From: Macrostomum hystrix
Taxonomy: Eukaryota; Animalia; Platyhelminthes
Direction: 5' to 3'
DNA length: 64,000 nucleotides
Assembly (NCBI GenBank): GCA_950097015.1
Contig: CATNEN010000007.1
Span: 7,254,001-7,318,000, forward strand
The notes beneath the pieces were generated by a model. The model saw nothing but the letters and a program-made list of their open reading frames with translations, was not told the origin of the DNA and ran no database searches. The translations under genes and the position numbers were made by a program. Each line of letters starts with the position of its first letter. Positions within the stretch are counted from its first letter, which is position 1. Of the stretch, positions 14,001 to 27,025 are shown piece after piece.

Positions 14001-15921
14001 TTGACGGCCCCGAACAGCAATAGAAGCTGAATGATCCCGGCAATGCGCGCATCGATTGGCCGATCGATCCGCCAGCCCCAGCGCCTCCCTCGACGCTCTC
14101 TCCGCCCCTCCTGTTTGTTAATCAAGATCTTCCCGCTATCGACTGGCTCTCGTTCTTATTTCGCGCCCCCCTCAGCTCTTCTTGTGTATTCTTCTCTTCT
14201 TGTTTCTTTTCCTCTTCGGCCGGCACTTCTCCAAGTTTGCTTTGGTCGAAGTTCTCGACCGCTGGCTGACTGGCAGGCATGAAACCTTGGTATCCAGGGG
14301 GGGTGGCTGCGCTGTTGTTGAGAGATCGACCGGAAAAAAATTCCCCAGCTCCAGCTGAGAGAATCGATAAGAGAGAGAGAGGGCCTACTACTGCGAGTAG
14401 CAACTGCGGGCCGCGCTAAATCGGTGCCCTTGCCAGTGAAAGCTCTGCCTGGCTCAACTTGGCTGCTGCAAATTTCTTCCCGAGATCTGCGGGATTGGCG
14501 GAGTGGGCTGGGCGGCCCGGCTGGCAAAACTGGGCGGGGGGCATTGGCCAGAAGGAGGCTGGCGTGGACGAGAATCGCTTTGGCCACCCTGGCCTAACTG
14601 CTAGGCAACTGACAAAGCCAGGCGGGATATCCCGGTCCAGCGTCCGCCCCGCCCTCCGCGCCCTCCGCTGACCGATAAAGCCGCGAACAGCTTCGGAGGC
14701 AGCTCGGCCCGCCCACCCTGCTTGAGCACCCCTGGCCGGTCCATCCAGAAGTCAATGCCGACAGACTTGGCGGCTTAATTAGCTGACTGGAAGTTGAAAA
14801 GGCCGCCTTATACTTGGCTATTGCCACCAGAGGGAGCGGCCTGCTCAGAATCAGTGATTGGCAAGTCCAGATACGGAGCAAGGCTTAGTTGCAGCGGCAG
14901 CAGCAGCAACATGGCAGAGGCGGCAGATACCAATGGGAACTCGCGAGAGCCCAGCGACCGTGGTAATGCATTCCAATGTCTAGAGCAATGTCTATTAGCT
15001 CTTATTACTTCTTCTTATTTAGAGCTTGTTTGCCTACCATTGATAAAAAATTTAATTCCCGTTGGTTTCCCACAATTTCCGGAAATTCCGTGACTGCCAG
15101 TCAGTCAGTCAGTCAGTCAGTCAGTCAGTCAGTCAGTCAGTCAGTCAGTCAGTCAGTCAGTCAGTCAGTCAGTCAGTCAGTCAGTCAGTCAGTCAGTCAG
15201 TCAGTCAGTCAGTCAGTCAGTCAGTCAGTCAGTCAGTCAGTCAGTCAGTCAGTCAGTCAGTCAGTCAGTCAGTCAGTCAGTCAGTCAGTCAGTCAGTCAG
15301 TCAGTCAGTCAGTCAGTCAGTCAGTCAGTCAGTCAGTCAGTCAGTCAGTCAGTGTGGCAGAGTTTGATCCCTATTTTTCCAACTCCCGGTCGAGGAGTTT
15401 GAATTGAAAAAAGAAAAAATTTCCTGCGAAAGAAAACTTTCGTTTCGACCGGGCCCAGAAAAGCTGAAGCATCTAAACGACTCTTTCCTTATTTAGTGCT
15501 CGCTTCCCTCCTCTCTCAGTCCCGTTTGGCCTCAACTCTCCCAAGTGGTTTGAGAACTTTTTAGAGAATAGAGAGTGGCCTGAAAATGAGGCAACTGGGC
15601 TGGACAGTGGAGAAATATGCAAGGAGAGTAGAGTGTGGGATTAGAGGCACAGACAGCTGCTCAAGGGATTAGAGTTCAGTGGCAGTTCTACAGAGGCCAC
15701 TATACAGATGTGTGTGTGAGCGGGATGTGAGCCAGTGAGTTTGAGCATTGCTATTCTTAATGCAGCAATGGAGGCACTCAGCCCAGCTCCCAACCCATTC
15801 TCTTTCCCCTTCCCCACTCTCCTCCGCCCCCCGAACCTGCTGGCAGTTTTTTCGCGGCGGCCCCCTTTTTAGTTGGCTGCTTTTTTTCTGACGCTGACGG
15901 AACCTTCGAGGCAGCAGCAGA

Positions 15922-15954
<33 letters not shown>

Positions 15955-16254
15955 GGCTAAATGCTAAAGCAAAGACAGGCGAACAACGGCCTCAACCAGA
16001 GCCAGAGAGCAACCAGAGAGCAACACAGGCCCTGCCTGAGCACAGCTCACCCATCCTGCCGGGTTCTGATGCACCCCACCGGTGCCTTCTCTACTCACTG
16101 CCGAACTCAATCCCCATCGATTCACTCCGCCGCTTCCTCCCCTGCCTCCCGCCATCCCCTCCTCCCCTTTCTCCGTCGTCTCTCCTTTCCCCTGTCCTAA
16201 AAAATATTCTACTTGCTCCTAAGCCCCGTATACAGCGGGAAGGAATGGCGCTTT

Positions 16255-16295
<41 letters not shown>

Positions 16296-19200
16296 TGTAC
16301 TTTTGCTTCGCTTTCCCTCGCCTTCTGCTTGCTGGCCATCATTTTGTTGGTTGTGTGTGCTCCAGTCTAGCCGCGGCTGTGTTGTCCGTGTTTTTTTAGG
16401 CGCAGCAACAACTATCACAAAAACTGCGATTTCTCTGGTTCCACCTTGTGAACTTTTAACCAACGCTGCTCAAAGTAAGCCCGCCTGCTTCTAGCAGATA
16501 AGTCGGCGGCGCTACTGACTTTCTGTGGATTAGGAAGATTCCCATATCGCTAAACAGAACAACTCACTTTAGCAAGGCCGCCTAGATTTGGAATAGATGG
16601 CTAAGCTTGTCTGTCCGCAAAGAGAGACATTTTTGGATCTGACTGTTCTTCGATCATATTGCTAAGATTTGATTTCATCTCTTAACCACCTCTCTAAATC
16701 TTTAGATCTTTGTCTTTAGAACCACATCTCTAGATCTCTAAATCTCTAGATCTTTGTCTTTAGAACCACATCTCTAGATCTCTAAATCTCTAGATCTTTG
16801 TCTTTAGAACCACATCTCTAGATCTCTAAATCTCTAGATCTTTGTCTTTAGAACCACATCTCTAGATCTTGACATTTAGAACCGTATCTCTAGATATTTA
16901 TGTCTAGAACCACATCTCTAGATTCTAGAACGACATCTCTAGATTCTAGAACCACATCTCTCGATTCTTAGATTCTAGAACCACATTTCTAGATTCTTAG
17001 ATTCTAGAACCACATCTCTTCATTCTTAGATTCTAGAACCACATCTCTTCATTCTTAGATTCTAGAACCACATCTCTTCATTCTTAGATTCTAGAACCAC
17101 ATTTCTAGATTCTAGAACCACATCTCTCGATTCTTAGATTCTAGAACCACATTTCTAGATTCTTAGATTCTAGAACCACATCTCTTCATTCTTAGATTCT
17201 AGAACCACATTTCTAGATTCTAGAACCACATCTCTCGATTCTTAGATTCTAGAACCACATTTCTAGATTCTTAGATTCTAGAACCACGTCTCTTCATTCT
17301 TAGATTCTAGAACCACGTCTCTTCATTCTTAGATTCTAGAACCACGTCTCTAGATTCTTAGATTCTATTTATAGAACCACATCTCTAGATACTTAGATTC
17401 TAGAACCACATCTCTAGATTCTTAGATTCTATTTATAGAACCACATCTCTAGATATCTAAATCTCTAGATCTTTGTCTTTAGAAGATCTAGATTCTAGAT
17501 TCTTAGATTTTATTTATAGAACCACATCTCTAGATTCTTAGATTCTAGAACCACATCTCTAGATTCTTAGATTCTAGAACCACATCTCTAGATTCTTAGA
17601 TTTTATTTATAGAATCACATCTCTAGATTCTTAGATTCTATTTATAGAACCACATCTCTCGATTCTTAGATTCTAGAACCTCGTTTCTAGATTCTTAGAT
17701 TCTATTTTTAGAACCACATCTCTAGATCTCTAAATCTCTAGATCTTTGTCTTTAGAACCACATCTCCAGATCTTGACATTTAGAACCGTATCTCTAGATA
17801 TTTATGTCTAGAACCACATCTCTAGATTCTAGAACGACATCTCTAGATTCTAGAACCACATCTCTAGATTCTAGAACCACATCTCTAGATTCTTAGATTC
17901 TAGAACCACGTCTCTTCATTCTTAGATTCTATTTATAGAACCACATCTCTAGATTCTTAGATTCTAGAACCACGACTCTTCATTCTTAGATTCTAGAACC
18001 ACGTCTCTTCATTCTTAGATTCTAGAACCACATCTCTAGATTCTTAGATTCTAGAACCACATCTCTAGATTCTAGAACCACATCTCTAGATTCTAGAACC
18101 ACGTCTCTTGATTCTTAGATTCTAGAACCACGTCTCTTCATTCTTAGATTCTATTTATAGAACCACATCTCTAGATTCTTAGATTCTAGAACCACGACTC
18201 TTCATTCTTAGATTCTAGAACCACGTCTCTTCATTCTTAGATTCTAGAACCACGACTCTTCATTCTTAGATTCTAGAACCACGACTCTTCATTCTTAGAT
18301 TCTAGAACCACGTCTCTTCATTCTTAGATTCTAGAACCACGACTCTTCATTCTTAGATTCTAGAACCACGTCTCTTCATTCTTAGATTCTATTTATAGAA
18401 CCACATCTCTAGATTCTTAGATTCTAGAACCACGTCTCTTCATTCTTAGATTCTATTTATAGAACCACATCTCTAGATTCTTAGATTCTAGAACCACGAC
18501 TCTTCATTCTTAGATTCTAGAACCACGTCTCTTCATTCTTAGATTCTAGAACCACATCTCTAGATTCTTAGATTCTAGAACCACGTCTCTTCATTCTTAG
18601 ATTCTATTTATAGAACCACATCTCTAGATTCTTAGATTCTAGAACCACGTCTCTTCATTCTTAGATTCTATTTATAGAACCACATCTCTAGATTCTTAGA
18701 TTCTAGAACCACGACTCTTCATTCTTAGATTCTAGAACCACGTCTCTTCATTCTTAGATTCTAGAACCACGTCTCTTCATTCTTAGATTCTATTTATAGA
18801 ACCACATCTCTAGATTCTTAGATTCTAGAACCACGTCTCTTCATTCTTAGATTCTATTTATAGAACCACATCTCTAGATTCTTAGATTCTAGAACCACGA
18901 CTCTTCATTCTTAGATTCTAGAACCACGTCTCTTCATTCTTAGATTCTAGAACCACGTCTCTTCATTCTTAGATTCTATTTATAGAACCACATCTCTAGA
19001 TTCTTAGATTCTAGAACCACGACTCTTCATTCTTAGATTCTAGAACCACGTCTCTTCATTCTTAGATTCTAGAACCACATCTCTAGATTCTTAGATTCTA
19101 GAACCACGACTCTTCATTCTTAGATTCTAGAACCACATGTCTAGATTCTTAGATTCTAGAACCACATCTCTAGATTCTTAGATTTTATTTATAGAACCAC

Positions 19201-22200
19201 ATCTCTAGATTCTTAGATTTTATTTATAGAACCACATCTCTAGATTCTTAGATTCTATTTATAGAACCACATCTCTCGATTCTTAGATTCTTGAACCTCG
19301 TTTCTAGATTCTTAGATTCTATTTTTAGAACCACATCTCTAGATCTCTAAATCTCTAGATCTTTGTCTTTAGAACCACATCTCTAGATCTTGACATTTAG
19401 AACCGTATCTCTAGATATTTATGTCTAGAACCACATCTCTAGATTCTAGAACGACATCTCTAGATTCTAGAACCACATCTCTAGATTCTAGAACCACGTC
19501 TCTTGATTCTTAGATTCTAGAACCACGTCTCTTCATTCTTAGATTCTAGAAACACGTCTCTTCATTCTTAGATTCTATTTATAGAACCACATCTCTAGAT
19601 TCTTAGATTCTAGAACCACGACTCTTCATTGTTAGATTCTATTTATAGAACCACATCTCTAGATTCTTAGATTCTAGAACCACGACTCTTCATTCTTAGA
19701 TTCTAGAACCACGTCTCTTCATTCTTAGATTCTAGAACCACATCTCTAGATTCTTAGATTCTAGAACTACATCTCTAGATCTTCATCTCTAGAACCACAT
19801 CTCTAGATCTTCATCTTTAGAACCACATCTCTAGATCTTCATCTTTAGAACTACATCTCTGGATCTTCATCTCTAGAACCGTGGCATTAGTTCTCGTCCA
19901 CTAAACCAAGAGTTCGAAGCGGGCAGCCGCGGTGCTTTCCTGAGCTCTCTCGTTGCTCAAAGCTGGCTTCTAGGCAAGGAACAAGAGGGAGATGAAGAAG
20001 GCGCCGCTCGGAGGCGAGGAAGAGAGAAGGAAAAGAATGCCGGGTTTTGGGGTGGTGGCGGCTCTCGGTTGCCCTTGGATCCGCAGCCGTTCAGGCGTGG
20101 CAAATTTGATGACAAAATCAATTTCCCCAGAAATGTCCCAGAGAGCACTTGAGTCCGTCCCCTCCGGGCCAGTAGACAGAGCAGACAGTTGGCAACGGTA
20201 AAGGAGACCATTGCTGGGGCTCTGTTAAAAGGCTCGCTGGGATTTCCAATTCCCAGCGGCGGCTGCTCGAGTGGGCATCGCAGTGTGAGGGTAGCGGAGT
20301 TATTTTGTGTAAGATTTCGTGGCGAGCGTCTCCGCTTCTGTCTGTCTGTCTGTTTCTGTCTCTCATCTCCCACCAGCCCTTGGCTCGGGGCAGGGATGGT
20401 GCTAGCTGGCATGATTTTTCACGGGCACTTCACCCCTTCCCCCCCCTACCCCATCTTAATGATCGGGTTTGGTCCGCGCCTTGTCTGCAGATTATCATAT
20501 TCGATTTTTCCTTCCGCTGCCAGACAGCTTCGCGAATTTCTCCTATCGCCTCCGTCCTCCAGCTTCCCACGAGTCGCTCATCCCAGTCTCGGGGGGGGGC
20601 AGAAGCAGCCCCCCAACTCTAATCAGTCGGACTTTATTGGCTAACTTATCGAATGTAACTCACTAGTCGAATTCTCGACAACAGTTTCTGTATCTGAGAT
20701 TGGCTCTAGATTTGCCAATGGAAGCTAGAATAATGAATGATTTGGGCAACTGTAGGCGTAGCGGAGGACCATTTTAGGACCGAGAAGATCGGGGTTGTGG
20801 AGGACCATTTTAGGACCGAGAATATCCGGGTTGTGGAGGACCATTTTAGGACCGAGAATATCCGGGTTGTGGAGGACCATTTTAGGACCGAGAAGATCGG
20901 GGCTGTGGAGGACCATTTTAGGACCGAGAAGATCGGGTTGTGGAGGACCATTTTAGGACCGAGAAGATCGGGGCTGTGGAGGACCATTTTAGGACCGAGA
21001 AGATCGGGGTTGTGGAGGACCATTTTAGGACCGAAAAGATACGGGTTGTGGAGGACCATTTTAGGACCGAGAATATCCGGGTTGTGGAGGACCATTTTAG
21101 GACCGAGAAGATCGGGGCTGTGGAGGACCATTTTAGGACCGAGAAGATCGGGGTTGTGGAGGACCATTTTAGGACCGAGAATATCCGGGTTGTGGAGGAC
21201 CATTTTAGGACCGAGAAGATCGGGGCTGTGGAGGACCATTTTAGGACCGAGAAGATCGGGGCTGTGGAGGACCATTTTAGGACCGAGAAGATCGGGGCTG
21301 TGGAGGACCATTTTAGGACCGAGAAGATCGGGGTTGTGGAGGACCATTTTAGGACCGAAAAGATACGGGTTGTGGAGGACCATTTTAGGACCGAGAATAT
21401 CCGGGTTGTGGAGGACCATTTTAGGACCGAGAAGATCGGGGCTGTGGAGGACCATTTTAGGACCGAGAAGATCGGGGTTGTGGAGGACCATTTTAGGACC
21501 GAGAAGATCGGGGGTTGTGGAGGACCATTTTAGGACCGAGAAGATCGGGGTTGTGGAGGACCATTTTAGGACCGAGAAGATCCGGGCTGTGGAGGACCAT
21601 TTTGGCGCCAATCCAACGGGCCATAGAAATTGCCAAAAGGACACCCTGTTAAACCCCTTCAATTTTCCCATTCGCAGCCCTTAAGGAGGCCTTTAACTTT
21701 TTCGACATCGACCACGACGGTCGCATCACAGCCGGCGAGCTGCACAAGGTGCTGAAGTTTCTCGGCACCAAAGTCACGGAGAATGAAGTGAAGATGATGA
21801 TTGCCGATGTTGACAGCGACGGTAAGGAACCCTGTCTCTCTGATCTGCTAATCTCGTCCCCCTGACACTACTCACCTGTCAATCTCCCCCGTTGTCTCTC
21901 ACCTACAGGCAATGGCACGGTGGAGTTCAACGAGTTCCTCAAAATGATGAAGAAATACTACAGGAAGAACGCGCACTCCCACACAGAAGACGCCGATATG
22001 TGGGAGGCATTCAAGGTTTGTGTCCTTGCTTAAATGCTGACCTGCAACTTGGGCTGAGGGTCTGAGTGGACAGCGGCAATTTAACAGTGACCCTCCCTGA
22101 ACTACCTGAGGATTTAGACAGTAACCCTCCCTGAACTACCTGAGGATTTAGACAGTGACCCTCCCTGAACTACCTGAGAATTTATACAGTGATCCTCCCT

Positions 22201-23734
22201 GAACTACCTGAGAATTTATACAGTGACCCTCCCTGAACTACCTGAGGATTTAGACAGTGACCCTCCCTGAACTACCTGAGGATTTCGACAGTGACCCTCC
22301 CTGAACTACCTTGAGGATTTAGACAGTGACCCTCCCTGAACTACCTGAGGATTTAGACAGTGACCCTCCCTGAACTACCTGAGAATTTATACAGTGACCC
22401 TCCCTGAACTACCTGAGGATTTAGACAGTGACCCTCCCTGAACTACCTGAGGATTTAGACAGTGACCCTCCCTGAACTACCTGAGGATTTAGACAGTGAC
22501 CCTCCCTGAACTACCTGAGGATTTAGACAGTGACCCTCCCTGAACTACCTGAGGATTTAGACAGTGACCCTCCCTGAACTACCTGAGAATTTAGACAGTG
22601 ACCCTCCCTGAACTACCTGAGGATTTAGACAGTGACCCTCCCTGAACTACCTGAGGATTTAGACAGTGACCATCCCTGAACTACCTGAGGATTTAGACAG
22701 TGACCATCCCTGAACTACCTGAGGATTTAGACAGTGACCCTCCCTGAATTTACGGATGATTAGGTAGCTATCCACCCTGAATTACCGGATGATTAGGTAG
22801 CTATCCACCCTGAATTACCGGATGATTAGGTAGCTATCCACCCTGAATTACCGGATGATTAGGTAGCTATCCACCCTGAATTTCCGGATGATTAGGTAGC
22901 GATCCACCCTGAATTTCCGGATGATTAGGTAGCTATCCATCCTGAATTACCGGATTCGGTCCCTGAAGGTTCTGAACTCAAAGGTCGTTAGTCATTTTCA
23001 ACCTGAAAACATCACCCAACAGGCATTCGATCACAATGGCGATAACTACATTGACTTCGCCGAAATTAAGAAGACCATGCACTTCCTTGGCGAGGAGGTC
23101 TCAGACGAGGACGTCCAGTCAATGATCAACGAGGCGGACGCTGATAATGACGGCCGAATCAACTTTGAGGGTGAGAACATTTTCGCAGACTAAGAAACAC
23201 CTGTCAGAGGCAGTGTGGAAAGTGTGGAAAGTGTGGAATGAATTGAATGTGGATAGGAATGAAGGCAAAGTAAACACAGGGCGGGGCGTGACTATGGCGC
23301 CGGTTAAAAATCGATTTTGCTAAGGTGAGAAATTGAATGACAGAGTGGCAGCGCCTTTTGGTTCGCTAGTTGCACTTTAAAGACCATTATTCAAAACAGG
23401 TTTTTTCTCTAGTATCGCATCAAGAAATAAATGTGACCTTGAGAACCGTGCTCAAAGTTTTGCAGTGTGCTTGAGATTAAGGATTGACGTCTGCTGGATG
23501 TGGGCGATCTTGGCGCCTCCGCCCCGCCCGGCTGCCCTAATTAGTAGGGCTCCCTCCGCCCCCTGCCAAGTCTTCTGCTTCCTGTGCTCCCGTGGCAGAA
23601 TGGAAAAAGTTGAAGAAGTTTTCTAGGAAAGTCATTAGCGAGAGTTGCTCAAGATGGCCGCCTCCCTCCCACCTCTTGCAGAGTTCAAGAAGATGATGCT
23701 GGTCATGCAGCAGAGAAGCGAGAACCACTGCTGA
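8057..23734 (+). CDS. Calmodulin-like EF-hand protein (4 EF hands, low-complexity N-terminal extension), ~240 aa, 7 coding exons
   Basis: Exons 8057-8200, 12346-12435, 12647-12683, 21678-21821, 21909-22015, 23023-23170 and 23682-23734 join in frame with GT-AG introns. The core reads YFSPHQMKALKEAFNFF-DIDHDGRITAGE...DSDGNGTVEFNE...EAFKAF-DHNGDNYIDFAE...DADNDGRINFEE-FKKMM. The phase-1 introns before LKEAF, inside DG/NG and inside FE/E match intron positions typical of animal calmodulin genes. The EF-hand exons are solid; the two most 5' exons are less certain. Confidence 0.88.
8461..8782. repeat. Intronic minisatellite, 24-nt unit AGGGAGAGATGTAGGGAAAGTGTC
   Basis: About 13 copies, purine-rich. 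Confidence 0.95.
9826..10600. repeat. Compound intronic minisatellite: 21-nt GACTGCAGTGTGGCAGATAAG (9826-10320), then 32-nt GCAGTGTGACAGGCTTATGGAGCATCAGGTAG
   Basis: Two adjacent arrays sharing the GCAGTGTG(A/G)CAG core. Confidence 0.95.
11285..11825. repeat. Intronic minisatellite, 19-nt unit TTTGTGATGAACTTTCGGG
   Basis: About 28 copies. Confidence 0.95.
12756..13120. repeat. Intronic minisatellite, 33-nt unit CTGCCTAGTCTACTCAGTATT(A/C)TACGCACTGCT
   Basis: About 11 copies, degenerating towards the 3' end. Confidence 0.95.
14911..14962 (+). CDS. Candidate alternative first coding exon of the calmodulin-like gene (MAEAADTNGNSREPSDR)
   Basis: ATG in a good context (agcaacATGG), 17 codons plus G, then GTAATG. 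The phase-1 end joins exon 21678 in frame (..SDR-A-LKEAF). Confidence 0.5.
15098..15353. repeat. (CAGT)n microsatellite
   Basis: Perfect tetranucleotide run of about 64 units. Confidence 0.98.
16257..16293. repeat. (TG)n microsatellite
   Basis: Perfect dinucleotide run. Confidence 0.95.
16690..19880. repeat. 3.2-kb complex intronic satellite built from TAGATTCTAGAACCAC(A/G)TCTC(TAG/TTC)ATTCT modules
   Basis: Variable units of ~20-35 nt, dense in TCTAGA/AGATCT. No ORF of 60 aa or more in any frame. Confidence 0.95.
20762..21603. repeat. Intronic minisatellite, 36-nt unit GTGGAGGACCATTTTAGGACCGAGAAGATCGGGG(T/C)T
   Basis: About 23 copies ending ~75 nt before the acceptor at 21677. Source of the 315- and 321-aa pseudo-ORFs. 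Confidence 0.95.
22084..22955. repeat. Compound intronic minisatellite: 34-nt ACAGTGACCCTCCCTGAACTACCTGAGGATTTAG, then 33-nt CCACCCTGAATTACCGGATGATTAGGTAGCTAT
   Basis: The switch between the two related units is at ~22745. Confidence 0.95.
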
Positions 23735-24344
23735 GCCAACTGTCTCTCACGCGCCCGACTCCCCACCCCCCTAGTCTCTACCTTTGTTCCCAATCTACCT
23801 GCTACGTTTTCTAATCCCTTCATATTACCTACTTCCTACTCCACAATCTGAACTTGTAAATTTGATGTTTTTTATTCCTGGCATTCCGATGTAGGTGCAA
23901 ATTAAAGTGATCGTACTGGCGAGACCCTTCTGCGCTACTCGCCACTGTCTGATCCCGAAACCCAGCGGAATCTCGTGTTGACCGCCCCCGCCCGTCACCG
24001 CCTGCTCGATGTTAATTTCCTCTTGTGCACTTATAAAGCTGGATCGCATTGCATATTCCTTTATTTGTTTATCTCTCTTTACTCTCTGTTTTATCTACTG
24101 TTAGTAGACATTGACGCTAATCCCCATGTTTCCTAATGCTTCATTCATCATTCTGTTCTCATTAGCCATGGCTGCGCATTGTTGCATTCGGAATCTCGGC
24201 AGGCAAAGCGCTTTGCGTTTCGTCGATGATTTTTAGACATCGCGAGCGATTGGATTGCAGTTAAAGCATAAGTTACACCTGGATTGGCCTACCTTTCTCT
24301 TACTAAAAGTATATATAGCACCTGAACCTTCTAATACCCCGCCC

Positions 24345-24640
24345 ATGGCACCTGACTCCCTGCCCAGCTGACACCCACCTCATTTCCTGCCCTGCTGGCA
24401 CCCACCTCATTTCCTGCCCTGCTGGCACCCACCTCATTCCCTGCCTTGCTGTCATCCACCTTATTTCTTGCCCTGCTGACACCAACCTCATTCCCTGCCC
24501 TGCTGACACCAACCTCATTCCCTGCCCTGCTGACACCAACCTCATTCCCTGCCCTGCTGGCACCAACCTCGTTCCCTGCCCTGCTGGCACCCACCTCATT
24601 CCCTGCCCTGCTGGCACCAACCTCATTCCCTGTCCTGCAC
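24345..24640. repeat. Minisatellite, 27-nt unit CCCTGCCCTGCTGGCACCAACCTCATT
   Basis: About 11 copies, downstream of the calmodulin-like stop codon. Confidence 0.93.
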
Positions 24641-26024
24641 GTACTCCCCCCACTCCCAAGGTGCCTCACCTCTTTGATTTGTTCAAAGCACCGGTCCCAC
24701 CTCGCGCCATCCGGGGACACTAATGCTTACAAATACGAGTGCCTAAAATAGTTGAAGCCATTAATTAGCATCTTCTATTTATCCATGATCCAGATATGGC
24801 TAATTTACGAGCGTAGTTACCGAATTCATGTTTTTGTAATCTCGAGCAGTCCTTATTTTTGCATAGAATCTCCTATTTTCGCTTGATGGCTGAGTTGTAT
24901 TCTCAGACGAGCTGGCCTGTATTTTGTCATAATAAATCATATTTTATCGCTTGCTATCATAGCAATGAATCCAAACTGTCATACTGCAGTCTGAGTTCCA
25001 TTTTTCACACCATAGAATCATATTCTGGTCTATTCTCAAAGCAATCTGTTCTAACTAGCTCTGTTTGCCTGTTCGCGCAGCCACCTTTTTTCTATCCTTA
25101 TGACTTATTATTTCTATTTCTTTGTTAAAAACTGTGCAACTAATTAATTACTAAATGTGCACCTTTTTAGTGCCCAACTGTCGGACACTAACCTGTCACT
25201 CGCGCCATTATTGTTGTAAGTCAATTAACTGTAAATAAATATTCAAACTGCCATCCCCACGCCATCTAATAAATTTACAGATTCCAGCTGTTTTAGAATA
25301 ATGCCCTGAAGCGACTAAATATAAGCGACAATTAACTTCTTTTCCGGATGTATTCCAGTATAGATTTTCTAAATACCCTAAATTCCCTGCACAATTTCTA
25401 TCATAACATTTCTATCTAGTGCTTTTTTATTTATTCTGTCAATTTCCATTATCAAATTGTATTGGTTTCCATGGTAATTTTATTGATGAAAGCAGCTTCA
25501 TCATTTCGCTCCTGTCTTCTTCAGTGGGGCATTGTTTGTTCGGTCTCCAATGTTGTTTAGAGTTTTCCTGGCACTGTTTTTGGATATTTAAACGCGCCCA
25601 GGAGATGAAGATATTTTTTTCGATTGGCGACTATTTTTCTCTCATTTTTCTGCCGCGATGATTTTGTCAAGAAATGAGCATCATTCCCTCTCCAATGACT
25701 GCTTTGGTAGCAAAGTCATGAAATAATGCAATGAGTGTAATTCGAAAACGGAGGTCTGCCCAATGTGAGTGTTGAACAGCCAGTCAGACTAGACTAATCA
25801 GTAAAATGGGTACTTAACGCTGTCAATCTTAAAATTCAATCTAGAAAGAAACGACACACAAAAATACACAGAGAGACTGGCGCTGCGATAGCGCGCGTTC
25901 TTATTAGTGAAGTATTTTTTACTCCTTCACCACTGAACAAGCTGGGTTTTTGTTGATTGCTTTTTAATTCTATTTGCTAATCTGCTTTTCAAGTCTGAGA
26001 TCTGTGCACATTCTGCACTGTCCA

Positions 26025-26735
26025 TCAGTGCGTTGGTAGGTTACCTTCAGGACTTCAGTACACTCATTCAGTGCTTTGGTAGGTTTCCTTCAGGACTTCA
26101 GTACACTACTTCAGTGCGTTGGTAGGTTTCCTTCAGGGCTCCAATACACTTCTTCAGTGCGTTGGTAGATTCCATTCAGGGCTCCAATACACTTCTTCAC
26201 TGCGTTGGTAGGTTCCCTTCAGGGCTCCAATACCCTCATTCAGTGCTTTGGTAGGTTCCATTCAGGGCTCCAATACACTCATTCAGTGCATTGGTAGGTT
26301 CCCTTCGGGGCTCCAATACACCCCTTCAATGGGTTGGTAGGTTCCCTTCAGGGCTCCAATACACTCCTTCAATGGGTTGGTAGGTTCCCTTCAGGGCTCC
26401 AATACACTCCTTCAATGGGTTGGTAGGTTCCCTTCAGGGCTCCAATACACTCCTTCAATGGGTTGGTAGGTTCCCTTCAGGGCTCCAATACACTCCTTTA
26501 GTGCGTTGGTAGGTTCCCTTCAGGGCTCCAATACACTCCTTCAATGGGTTGGTAGGTTCCCTTCAGGGCTCCAATACACTCCTTCAATGGGTTGGTAGGT
26601 TCCCTTCAGGGCTCCAATACACTCCTTTAGTGCGTTGGTAGGTTCCCTTCAGGGCTCCAATACACTCCTTCAGTGCGTTGGTAGGTTCCCTTCAGGGCTC
26701 CAATACACTCCTTCAGTGCGTTGGTAGGTTCCCCA
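26025..26735. repeat. Minisatellite, 43-nt unit TTGGTAGGTTCCCTTCAGGGCTCCAATACACTCCTTCA(GTGCG/ATGGG)
   Basis: About 16 copies between the convergent calmodulin-like and VMAT genes. Confidence 0.95.
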
Positions 26736-27019
26736 GAGGCCCTCAGTTTTTAATTGCGTCACTAGTGCGAAGGCCTCAACCAATCAATCAATACCTGGCA
26801 GCTTCTCTCAGAGCCTCCTCATTCAGCGGAAGTTCCGCCTTTCTGCACCTTGAGTGTCCGACCCCAACAAAAATGAAGCCAAGAGCCAAAGTCCACAGGA
26901 CTGCTTTGAATGCCACAAACGAAGGGAGGAAAATAAATATGAGTCACTGTTGCCACAGAGATCTACGTTTAATTATCTGATTTAGTTTGATTTGTTTGGG
27001 TGATTAAATATCGACTAAT

Positions 27020-27025
27020 TTTATT
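27020..27025 (-). terminator. Candidate polyadenylation signal of VMAT
   Basis: AATAAA on the minus strand ~280 nt after the stop codon. Confidence 0.4.

Noticed and set aside
20706-21684. 315-, 321- and 197-aa ORFs on both strands
   Set aside because: They come from a 36-nt tandem repeat in an intron; single-base indels swap frames without constraint.
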